From NCBI GenBank assembly GCA_029555085.1, contig JAKPTO010000051.1, positions 1-30,534 of the forward strand: a DNA stretch of 30,534 nucleotides, given 5' to 3'. The position numbers and the translations under genes are program-made. Positions 1 to 8,751 of the stretch are shown here, piece by piece. Within the stretch, counting starts at the first letter, position 1. The number at the start of each line of letters is the position of its first letter. Source of the DNA: a bacterium. Its GTDB lineage: Bacteria > Patescibacteriota > Patescibacteriia > UBA1558 > S5-K13. A model generated the notes under the pieces. That model ran no database searches, was not told the DNA's origin, and worked only from the letters and a program-made list of their open reading frames with translations.

Positions 1-631
1 TAATAATATTTATCCGGCACAGAAACCTTTTTTATTTAACAATAATCATACGAACCAAGTACAAAAATTATTAAATATAAAAGTCCTAATAAATTCTGTA
101 AAATAAAAGTATCCTAAAAAATAAAATAGGATTACTATTTATTTGCGCGAACCAAATAAACAATAAGTTCTGCGCCAAATAAATATTATTAAGATTTTGT
201 CAAAGAACATTTAAACCTCAAAGCTTGGTTTTAATTCCTCAGTATCAGATTACTATCTTTTGATAATAATCTGATTAAAGGGTGGGAAGCGAGCGACCAA
301 GCACGCTTCCCATAACCATTGCTGATACGGATTTCTGGTATTTATGTCATAGCGCCCCAGAAGATATTGACTCAGTGGGTCAAATATCACACGGCGCTTG
401 AAGCAACAGCTTCATTCTTCCTCCTTTTCCCGTTGGGGAATGGCGGGGGCGTAGCAGGGTTGAGCTAGCCCCCTCTTTAAACCTTGTGGTGTTAACCTTT
501 TTTATCCCACGCTAGCCACACCATTTAACCAGCGGGGAATAATTGTTTAGAGGTGAAGGAGGGTGCGGAGAAGTCCCTTCCCAGATTTCCTCGCTCACAT
601 GGAGCAGGAAGCTGGGAGTGGAGGTAGGGGT

Positions 632-1060
632 CTAGGCCTCTTCGACCAAGACCTCCACCGGAGACTCATCCGGCAGATCCTCTGGGATCTCGTTGTCGGG
701 ATCCCGAGGCTCTTCATCCGGAACCTCCAAATTTTCCACGGAGGAGTCCAATCGGACCACCTCCAACCTGAATGAAGAAAGGGAGATCTTGAATCCCCCA
801 ATCTCCATTTCAAAGCTTTCATGTGTGAAAGCCTTGAAAAAAGTTTTAAATCTCTCTCTACCGTCCAGTAGGACGATAGAGAATGGGTTTCCATCCACCT
901 CCTGGATGGAAACCCAGGGATCTGCCACGTACCGAAGTACGAGGCAGATTCTCAGGGTCGGGGTGAGCTGGATTATCCAGCCCTCCCCTAACTTTTCTGT
1001 TTCCTGAGGGCGTATTACCAGGCCCTCAGACAAATTCAGATCAAGGCCTCTCAAAATCAT
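632..1060 (-). CDS. Orphan hypothetical protein (142 aa) with acidic Pro/Asp/Glu-rich C-terminal tail; GC-rich relative to host
   Basis: ATG at 1060 preceded by GGAAAAGGAGGAGAC (strong SD); TAG stop at 634-632; about 50% GC versus about 25% in neighbouring genes (by eye); no recognisable family. Confidence 0.7.
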   Translation of the reverse strand: MILRGLDLNLSEGLVIRPQETEKLGEGWIIQLTPTLRICLVLRYVADPWVSIQEVDGNPFSIVLLDGRERFKTFFKAFTHESFEMEIGGFKISLSSFRLEVVRLDSSVENLEVPDEEPRDPDNEIPEDLPDESPVEVLVEEA

Positions 1061-1290
1061 GTCTCCTCCTTTTCCCTTTTTTAACTCCTATTATATTTCA
1101 AATAGTGAGTTGGCTAATTATAGCCAGGGAAACAGAGACTTGGTTATTCACCGCTTCTTATGACTAAATTAATAATCACAAAAAGCGGTGAATAACATTT
1201 GAACCTCGAGGCCTGGTTTTATATATTTTTGTCAAAGAGCTATTTCCTTCCCCTGACCCCGGAGGTCCTTTAGACCCCGGGGTCTTTGAT

Positions 1291-1319
1291 AAAAAAAGTC
1301 CCAGTTTTTTACCCGGGAC
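1291..1319 (-). terminator. Intrinsic terminator-like hairpin inside the leader of the minus-strand unit
   Basis: Minus strand GTCCCGG-GTAAAAAA-CTGGGAC (7 bp, one G.U) followed by T7. Confidence 0.65.
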
Positions 1320-1704
1320 CTTAATAAGGAAATTCCTGAGAGCAAAAGGTGGTTAGTCTTTTACTTCCCAGCCGATCTCCTTATTAAAGATATCGGGCGA
1401 TGTGGCTTTTGTTCGACGGTCACAAATCCTTTATTTAGAATTTAATGACACATATCTAGTAGAAAGAACATTGGTTATCAGATTTGTTCGCGAAATCTGC
1501 CAATGCTTGACCCTGTTTTTTTGGATCTCCTCATCTTACGAACAAGCGGATTCAAGACCTTGATTTGACAAGCTAATCAAAATACTCAAATACGCGCTTA
1601 TTTCACTACCCATTTAAATACTTGATTTATCTGGGTAGCTTTATGTAGTTTTTTAAAGTTCTTTTCTTATCAAGATATTTTTGTCTTCTTTATCTTGATT
1701 AATC

Positions 1705-1733
1705 ATCATAGCATATCTAATTTTATTTGTCAA
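1705..1733 (-). promoter_or_regulatory. Sigma70 promoter driving the leftward structured transcript
   Basis: TTGACA (1733-1728), 17 nt, TATGAT (1710-1705), with extended -10 TGn; predicted start near 1698. Confidence 0.7.
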
Positions 1734-1873
1734 GAGCTAATGACAATATATTAATAAAAAAATAATAAAATGCCCATTTTTACTATATTATATTAATATT
1801 TTTATATACTAAATACTATCACTATTTAATGACATATACATATAAAATATATTATTTATTTTGTCAATTTTAT

Positions 1874-1902
1874 TTGATAAAATTTTTTAAATATGATATA
1901 AT
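1874..1902 (+). promoter_or_regulatory. Sigma70 promoter of the TrmB-family gene
   Basis: TTGATA (1874-1879), 17 nt, TATAAT (1897-1902), with TG at 1894-1895. Confidence 0.6.
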
Positions 1903-1955
1903 ATAGATATAATCCCATAAATAAAGGGTTTTATAAACATTTTAATAATCAAAAC

Positions 1956-1964
1956 TTATCCACA
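1956..1964 (+). promoter_or_regulatory. Perfect DnaA box
   Basis: TTATCCACA in the predicted 5' UTR of the TrmB-family gene. Confidence 0.5.
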
Positions 1965-2021
1965 GCTCTATCTTGCAATAAAGATAGATATGTGAATATT
2001 AAAAAATCAATAAATAAATAT

Positions 2022-2774
2022 ATGCATAAAGATCTATTCATGGAGCTTGGACTCTCCCAAAACGAAGCAATTGTATATGAATATTTACTTACAAATGGAA
2101 ATTCCATAGCTAGCGATATAATCAAAAAAACCCCATTAAAAAGAGGGGTTATTTACAATACATTGTCTGATTTAGTCAAAAAAAACCTCATAAAACAAGG
2201 GAAAAAGAACAAAATCCTCTCTTTTTCACCAAATCACCCAGATAAACTACGAGAATATGTAGAAAACAGACAAAGAGAAGCAAGAAAAGCTGAAATCTCT
2301 TTAGAAGCTCAAATGCCAATGCTAATATCAAGTTTTAATCTTATATCAAACCAACCCGGAGTAAGAATATATGAGGGAAAAGATGGATTAGCCAAAACTC
2401 TAAACGACTCCTTGTCTTCTAGAACTGAAATTCTGACTTATGCTGATATATATGGAATGGAAAAATATTTAGGTCGCGCAAATGATAAATATGTAGAAAA
2501 AAGAAGAGAATTGAATATCAAAAAAAGAGGAATTGTTCCTAACACAGAATATGCAAGAAAATATTTGAAAAATTATGACAAATTCGTAACTGATATAAAA
2601 TTTATTGATGGAAAAAAATATCCAATGTTTCTTGAAATGGAAATTTATGATAACAAAATTTCTTTTATGACTTTTTCCGACAAAAAATTAATTGGCGTAA
2701 TTATAGAAAATGAAGAAATTTATAAAACACAGAAATCTATTTTTGAAATTGTTTGGGAAAATGCGAAAGAATAA
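2022..2774 (+). CDS. TrmB-family transcriptional regulator (N-terminal winged HTH plus PLD-like C-terminal domain)
   Basis: ELGLSQNEAIVYEYLL...KRGVIYNTLSDLVKKNLI HTH; VRIYEGKDGL and EMEIYDNKISF motifs typical of CPR TrmB proteins. ATG at 2022 preferred; in-frame GTG at 1992 is an alternative. Confidence 0.85.
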   Translation: MHKDLFMELGLSQNEAIVYEYLLTNGNSIASDIIKKTPLKRGVIYNTLSDLVKKNLIKQGKKNKILSFSPNHPDKLREYVENRQREARKAEISLEAQMPMLISSFNLISNQPGVRIYEGKDGLAKTLNDSLSSRTEILTYADIYGMEKYLGRANDKYVEKRRELNIKKRGIVPNTEYARKYLKNYDKFVTDIKFIDGKKYPMFLEMEIYDNKISFMTFSDKKLIGVIIENEEIYKTQKSIFEIVWENAKE

Positions 2775-2775
2775 T

Positions 2776-5700
2776 TTAAACAATGATACAATAAGCATTC
2801 CGTGTCTCATTTATAATTTTTTCTTTAATAAACAAAAGTGAATCGATTGGCGAATTAATATCTTTAAATTCTTCTAAAAATTTATTTCCTGCAATTTCCT
2901 TATCCTTATAAATTGCAACATAATAGTTTATTATTATTGGCTTTATAACACTCTCAAAATATTCTAATTGCGCCTCTCTGCTTAAAACAGAAAACATAGC
3001 TAAAGACGCTTCTGGATCAGCAATTATTTGATTTGAATAAACCCAATCTTGCCTGTTTCCAGTGTGAGAACTATAAAATTCCCTAAAACCAATTTTTTCT
3101 TCTTCATCTTCTGATTTCATTGCAAAACTCATACCTGTAATACTTTTTGGATAATAAAATTCTGGAATCTTTGATTCATCAAACCATGGTTCTTCTTTTA
3201 TTTCTTGCGAAAGTTCAGAATATGTACTTGATAATCTTTCCTGATTATATTTAAATAACCCAGAATTATAAAATTTATTAAGTGTTTTGTTAATATTTAA
3301 AATATCCGGATTGTCATTTAAATATTTTTCTAAATTTGATTTTACTCGTTGTTGTTCTTTTTGTAATATAGTCAAATCCGAACTTTTCTCTGACAAGGTA
3401 TTGTTGTTACTTAAAATTTTATCATCTTTAGTTTTTATTTTTTTATTTATCATTTCGTGCTTTACATCTCCAAAATCTGATTTTTTATTTAATTCTTTTT
3501 TTAATGATTTTATTGATTGCTCTAATCCATAATTAGAATCATTTAATCTTCTTATTTCTACTATATGTTCTTCAATTTGACTATTTATATTAAAAAGTTT
3601 CTGTAAAAAATTACTATATTCCTCATCTTCCAAACAAGACAAACAAACAGATAAATTCATTATGGCATCTTCCAGATTAAGTCCTCTTAATTTATTCTGC
3701 CTGAGAAGAACATCAACAGCTTCTCTATTTTCATTTAATTGTTTGTAAACGCTTATTATTTTCGCCAAAACATCATATTTAAATTCTTTTTCGTGACTTA
3801 TTTTTAATCCATTTTTTGCTAAAATTATTGCAACCTCTTCTTTAGGGTATTTTGATAATTTAAATAATAATTCTTGTTCTGGCGTCTCTGGATTAACTTC
3901 TTTCGCTTTTTTCAAAATACTCGTCTCTACTATTTTCTCAAATGCATTTGAAACGCCCTTGTTTTCTTTGCACAAATTTTCTACATAATTTAATTCATCT
4001 ATAAAACTCTCATCTTTTTCCCTTGGATATTTTGATATATTCAAATCAAGATTAAATGTTTTTCTATACTTATCATAAAACATTGCATCGTGCTCTCCCA
4101 TTGTTTCCGCAACTGAAAGAGGATCTCTGCCAACAAATCCTTTTGGAAAATTTTCTCCATTATTATAAAGAACCTCATAGTTACTTTGTTGAATAGAATC
4201 CACCACAACAAGATCAGATCCCTTCTTTTGATTATTTAACCAAAATAAATAAGCCAAAGAATCAATAGGTTTTTCAAGCCATTCCTCTGGTTTACTTGTT
4301 ATTCCAACTGGTAAATATATTTCTCTTTCTGTATCTGGAATTTCTTTTTTGTATTCAGATATTTCTTTATAAATACCCTCTCTAAAATTTTCTGGTAAAT
4401 TAATTACCTCTTTCTCAAATATTAAATCAATAATTCTTTCCTTTGCGTTTTCAATTAGCGTATTTTTCTTTGTATTATCATCTCTTGTCCCGTATAAATT
4501 TTCAATTTTTTCCAATTTATCAAATTCACCTTTCAATAAGGCAATGGTCTGGGTTTTTTGCTTTGATATATTATCAAAATTATTTAAAATTTCTTCTATG
4601 GAACTTTTTAAATCTTCTTCGCTTTTGTTTTCTCGAAGTATTAAATAAAGATTATTAAGCTCGCCTGAAGAGTTCTTTAATAATTTTATTCTTAGCTCTC
4701 TTTCATTGAAATCTTTTTCGTGATATTTTTCAAAAAATTCTTGCGCGCTATCAACAATTTTATCAACCAAAGATATCATATTAGCATATCTTTCAAATAC
4801 CATTTTATTAAAATTTTTATCTGCAATTTTTTCATCTAACAATTCCCCTGCTCGTAATATAATTTCTGCATTTTTTAAATCTGAATCACAACTTAAAAAT
4901 GCTTTTATCTTATTAATTTTATTTTCTGGAAAATCCTCAACATCTTTCTCTAAAAAATCTATTACTCTATCTAGTTCCTTTTCTGATTTTTCAGATAAAA
5001 ATTTTAATAAGTAAATTTGATAACGAAAAGGTAAATCTTTCAATTTAATACCAATTTTGTTCTCTATATATTTTCTCATTTCTGGTCTATAAAAATGCTG
5101 AAGTATTAATTCAAAATCTCTAGAACCTATCTTTTCTGGAGATATATATTTAAACTGACGCACAAAATTGTTGTAATCACTAAAAACTATTTCTTGTAAA
5201 TTTTTAGTCGATTCGTTTTCTATATTTATTATTTCTTTCTCTAATCCAAATAAAATATTTTTTTTATTTTTTAAAAACATATCAACTAAATCTGATTCTT
5301 TTTCTATGGTAGGAAGAATTTTTTTTCCTACGCTCATTTTGTAATTATGAATATCTTGATCTGCCATTTTAAAATTATTTATATGTTTACCTTGTAACAT
5401 TTCATATTTATCAAATAATATTAGGATGTTTTTATCCCTAATCTCATCTAAATTCAATTCTTTATTATCAATAATGTGGTTTAAAAAAATATCCATATTA
5501 GAATGAGCGCCATCATAATCTTTTTCATTATAATATTTTTTAAATGAATCATAGAGTTCTTGTAGTTGAATTTTTTGATCATTTTCTAATAAATTCAAAA
5601 TATCTGGAGCTGTGTCTATAAATAACTTGTAACACTCTTGGGATAGATTATTATTATCTTCCAATGCCTTATTTATTCTCTCACTCCTATATTTATTGAG

Positions 5701-6930
5701 CTCTGACACTGATTTTTTAACCTTAACAATTTCATTAAAAAAATCCACCCAGGTATTTTTATCAATATCTGGATAAAATTCAGACCATTTTGAAGCTAAA
5801 AATTCAATATCGTCTATATCGCAATTATAATATTTTGTTAAAATTTCCTCATTTACATAATCAAACACCTTGTAAAAAATTCCACCTCTTAAATTTGAAT
5901 CTATGCTAGAATTTCTAAAATCAGATATAGCAATTTTAATCTGATCAAATTTATAACAAGGAATTGATGACAATTTTTGATTAATTATTTTTTCCTGATT
6001 TATTTTTGAAAATTTAACAGGGGTGTTGCTATGATCAAAAATAGCAATTGCATCTTTTGCAATAAAAAATAATTTTGCTCCGGGGATATCTTCTTTATCA
6101 AATTTTACTGATCTTTCCAACATATCAGAATCATTCTTATCTTCTTGAGAAATAAAATCAACCAACCTGGCATTATATGGACTTCCGAGTCTTGTAACTA
6201 CGCCTCTAGTGGGATGTTCTTTTTCTAAATTGATTCTTTCTTCTAATATCTCTAGATAGGACAAAACAAATGCATTTTTTTCTTCTCGCTTAAGTTGTTG
6301 AAATAAATTATTTAATTTTTCAACACCATTGTGAGCATATCCTTGGGCTATTAAATCTGCCATCAGAAATTCTAACAAATTAAGTTTATCTAATTTCTCT
6401 GCCACAGAACTATCTTTAATATTTTCTAACAAACTATCTCCAAAATTTTCAAAATTCATTCTATACACAAGTTCGGGATTAAGTCCTTGACCCATTATAT
6501 TTCTTGCATTTAAAGATCTAGTGGATTCTACAGCTATATTAAAATGATCATTGATTTTTAAAGCAGATGCGATATTTGGACTTCCAGCAAAAAATGCTTT
6601 ATAAATTTTAACATCAAATTCATATAATTTATCTTTATCATCAATATTATTATAAAAATTCAACATTTCTTCAATAAATATCTTAACTCCTTGTCTCAAA
6701 TCCTCATAATAATACCCATCAAATTCAAAATCTTTATTTCTCGTAATAGATAAAATTTTAGAAAATATTTCATGGTTAAAATCAAACATATATGCGTCAG
6801 ACGCACGCTCTTTATCATCTAGAATCTTGTTAAATATTTCATTAGCAAAATCACGAATTTTTTGTTCCATAGCTTCATTCAATTCGTAATCTTCATTATT
6901 CTCTTCTTTTTTAAAATTTTCTTTCAACAT
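2776..6930 (-). CDS. Large hypothetical protein (1384 aa), mostly helical or coiled-coil, with a possible CDPS-like Rossmann domain in the C-terminal third
   Basis: 4.1 kb uninterrupted ORF with host-like composition; the domain guess comes from motif resemblance only. Confidence 0.85.
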   Translation of the reverse strand: MLKENFKKEENNEDYELNEAMEQKIRDFANEIFNKILDDKERASDAYMFDFNHEIFSKILSITRNKDFEFDGYYYEDLRQGVKIFIEEMLNFYNNIDDKDKLYEFDVKIYKAFFAGSPNIASALKINDHFNIAVESTRSLNARNIMGQGLNPELVYRMNFENFGDSLLENIKDSSVAEKLDKLNLLEFLMADLIAQGYAHNGVEKLNNLFQQLKREEKNAFVLSYLEILEERINLEKEHPTRGVVTRLGSPYNARLVDFISQEDKNDSDMLERSVKFDKEDIPGAKLFFIAKDAIAIFDHSNTPVKFSKINQEKIINQKLSSIPCYKFDQIKIAISDFRNSSIDSNLRGGIFYKVFDYVNEEILTKYYNCDIDDIEFLASKWSEFYPDIDKNTWVDFFNEIVKVKKSVSELNKYRSERINKALEDNNNLSQECYKLFIDTAPDILNLLENDQKIQLQELYDSFKKYYNEKDYDGAHSNMDIFLNHIIDNKELNLDEIRDKNILILFDKYEMLQGKHINNFKMADQDIHNYKMSVGKKILPTIEKESDLVDMFLKNKKNILFGLEKEIINIENESTKNLQEIVFSDYNNFVRQFKYISPEKIGSRDFELILQHFYRPEMRKYIENKIGIKLKDLPFRYQIYLLKFLSEKSEKELDRVIDFLEKDVEDFPENKINKIKAFLSCDSDLKNAEIILRAGELLDEKIADKNFNKMVFERYANMISLVDKIVDSAQEFFEKYHEKDFNERELRIKLLKNSSGELNNLYLILRENKSEEDLKSSIEEILNNFDNISKQKTQTIALLKGEFDKLEKIENLYGTRDDNTKKNTLIENAKERIIDLIFEKEVINLPENFREGIYKEISEYKKEIPDTEREIYLPVGITSKPEEWLEKPIDSLAYLFWLNNQKKGSDLVVVDSIQQSNYEVLYNNGENFPKGFVGRDPLSVAETMGEHDAMFYDKYRKTFNLDLNISKYPREKDESFIDELNYVENLCKENKGVSNAFEKIVETSILKKAKEVNPETPEQELLFKLSKYPKEEVAIILAKNGLKISHEKEFKYDVLAKIISVYKQLNENREAVDVLLRQNKLRGLNLEDAIMNLSVCLSCLEDEEYSNFLQKLFNINSQIEEHIVEIRRLNDSNYGLEQSIKSLKKELNKKSDFGDVKHEMINKKIKTKDDKILSNNNTLSEKSSDLTILQKEQQRVKSNLEKYLNDNPDILNINKTLNKFYNSGLFKYNQERLSSTYSELSQEIKEEPWFDESKIPEFYYPKSITGMSFAMKSEDEEEKIGFREFYSSHTGNRQDWVYSNQIIADPEASLAMFSVLSREAQLEYFESVIKPIIINYYVAIYKDKEIAGNKFLEEFKDINSPIDSLLFIKEKIINETRNAYCIIV

Positions 6931-7063
6931 ATTAATATTTTACATTATTTATAATCTTATAGCAAAAAATATATTCACAATTGTAAGACTCCGCGAATTC
7001 TAAATTTGCTTCTTTTTTACACAAACTCTTGTAAACAATAGCTTTTAAGTATAGAATAATTTT

Positions 7064-7672
7064 ATGGTAATAAAAAAGATTAATCTAAAAAATCCAGAAC
7101 AAGAAATCATTCAAGGCGCAATTAAAATGTTAAAAGATGGAAAAATAATAGTGTATCCAACAGACACTATTTATGGAATTGGATGCGATATTTTAAATAA
7201 AAAATCAGTCCAAAGCATTCAAACAATAAAAAATAGAAAAAAACCAAAACCACTTAGCATAATCTGTAGTGATTTAAAAGATATTAGTCGCTGGGCCATT
7301 GTTTCAAACATCCAATATAAAATTTTAAAAAAATATCTTCCCGGTCCATTTACATTTATTTTAAAAGCCTCTAATGATGCACCTAAAATTCTTCAAGATC
7401 CCAAAAGAAAAACAATTGGAATCAGAATTCCTGATAATAAAATTTGTCTTGAAATTACTTCGGGATTAGGAAATCCGATTGTCACAACAAGTGTAAATTT
7501 AACCGGAGAAATAAATTACATAAATCCAGATGATATAAAAAAAGATTGGTACGGAAAAGTTGATTTAATTCTTGACGCAGGACAAATCAGCAATGATCCA
7601 TCTACAATAGTAAGTTTATTAGATGATGATGTTGAAATTTTGCGCCAAGGAAAAGGAATATTTGATTTTTAA
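7064..7672 (+). CDS. tsaC: L-threonylcarbamoyladenylate synthase (Sua5/YciO/YrdC family)
   Basis: VYPTDTIYGIGC, KNRKKPKPLS, LPGPFTFIL, IGIRIPD, TTSVN, STIV, ILRQG motifs. Confidence 0.9.
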   Translation: MVIKKINLKNPEQEIIQGAIKMLKDGKIIVYPTDTIYGIGCDILNKKSVQSIQTIKNRKKPKPLSIICSDLKDISRWAIVSNIQYKILKKYLPGPFTFILKASNDAPKILQDPKRKTIGIRIPDNKICLEITSGLGNPIVTTSVNLTGEINYINPDDIKKDWYGKVDLILDAGQISNDPSTIVSLLDDDVEILRQGKGIFDF

Positions 7673-7674
7673 TT

Positions 7675-7893
7675 ATGAGATATTCGATTAAAATAATTCC
7701 AAAATCATCAAAAAATGAAATCATAGAGCAACATGATGATTTTTTAAAAATAAAAATAAAAGCAATTCCAGAACATGGAAAAGCAAATGAAGAATTAATT
7801 AAATTTCTTTCTAAATCCTTTAAAATTCCAAAATCTAATATACAAATTATAAAAGGAAACAACAGTAGAAATAAAATCGTTGAAATAAATTAA
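7675..7893 (+). CDS. DUF167 / YggU (UPF0235) family protein
   Basis: IKIIPKSSKNEI...KAIPEHGKANEELIKFLSK...IIKGNNSRNKIVEI. Confidence 0.9.
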   Translation: MRYSIKIIPKSSKNEIIEQHDDFLKIKIKAIPEHGKANEELIKFLSKSFKIPKSNIQIIKGNNSRNKIVEIN

Positions 7894-8678
7894 AAACTCT
7901 TTTTATTATATAAATAGTGTAAAATAATAGTAGCCGCACTTGCAACATTTAAGGACTCAATATCATCTGTCATATTTATTCTTATAAATCCATCCGACAA
8001 TTCATAAATCTCATTATCAATTCCATGCGCCTCGCTCCCAAAAACAATACAAAATTTGTTTTGTTTTTTTAATACTTCAATTCCGTCTGAATCTTCCAAT
8101 CTTGTAGAAAATATTTTCATGCGCTTTTTAATTTTTTTTAATAATTCTCTGTTATTATCAATTTGTATATTTAATTTAAAAATTGCATCTTTTGCGGAAT
8201 TTATTGTTTTGGGATTATAAATATCAACACAATCGCTATCAATTACTATATTTTTTACCCCAAATGCAAGCGCGCTTCTAAAAATTGTTCCCAAGTTTCC
8301 GGGATCATTTATTTTATTTAAATAAATAATATTATTATCAAAAACAATATTTTTTGCCTTTTTATTATAAAGTGCACAAATTCCAGATGGTGTTTCTAAA
8401 TTAGAAAATGATTCATTAATGCGCTCATCAATTAAAAAATATTCATCTAATTTTAAATCATTTATAAGCTCATAAAATTTTTCTGAATTTTTTTCTATAA
8501 AATTTTCAGTAACAAAAATTTCTTCTATTCCAGTATCGCAATTTCTTGAATCATAAATTATCTTAAAATTTTCTACGAAAAATTGTCCATTTTCTTGTCT
8601 ATATTTTTTCTTATTTAAACTTTTGAGATATTTTATTCTCTCATTGTTTATACTTTTTATAACAAATGCTGTTGCCAT
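7890..8678 (-). CDS. TrmH/SpoU-family RNA 2'-O-methyltransferase
   Basis: DPGNLGTIFRSA, FGSEAHGI, ESLNVASAA SPOUT motifs. Confidence 0.92.
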   Translation of the reverse strand: MATAFVIKSINNERIKYLKSLNKKKYRQENGQFFVENFKIIYDSRNCDTGIEEIFVTENFIEKNSEKFYELINDLKLDEYFLIDERINESFSNLETPSGICALYNKKAKNIVFDNNIIYLNKINDPGNLGTIFRSALAFGVKNIVIDSDCVDIYNPKTINSAKDAIFKLNIQIDNNRELLKKIKKRMKIFSTRLEDSDGIEVLKKQNKFCIVFGSEAHGIDNEIYELSDGFIRINMTDDIESLNVASAATIILHYLYNKKSF

Positions 8679-8710
8679 AATTATATATTATTAATTTCTT
8701 TTATATTAAC

Positions 8711-8740
8711 AAAAAACCGTCCTTTATAAAAGGACGGTTT
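8711..8740 (-). terminator. Intrinsic terminator after the DUF1015 gene
   Basis: AAACCGTCCTTT-ATA-AAAGGACGGTTT inverted repeat with a T-run on the minus strand. Confidence 0.75.
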
Positions 8741-8751
8741 ATAGAAAAGTT

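Noticed and set aside
206-242. Hammerhead ribozyme (CTGAGGA core on the minus strand followed by a stem)
   Set aside because: The required GAAA after stem II is absent; GTTC follows instead.
563-1007. ORFs 563..775(+), 595..894(-) and 693..1007(+)
   Set aside because: They overlap the 632..1060 ORF, which has the best SD-ATG context. Extra open frames are expected in a locally GC-rich stretch.
196-1240. Reading the TTGACA inside the two boxA-like motifs as -35 elements
   Set aside because: No credible -10 hexamer lies 16-18 nt downstream of either.
240-1700. RNase P RNA, tmRNA or CRISPR array in the hairpin-rich region
   Set aside because: No intact GAGGAAAGTCC or P4 motifs, no tRNA-like ends, and no regularly spaced identical repeats or cas genes.
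1740-1990. Replication origin (AT-rich region plus DnaA box)
   Set aside because: Only one perfect box, and no dnaA or dnaN context in the window.
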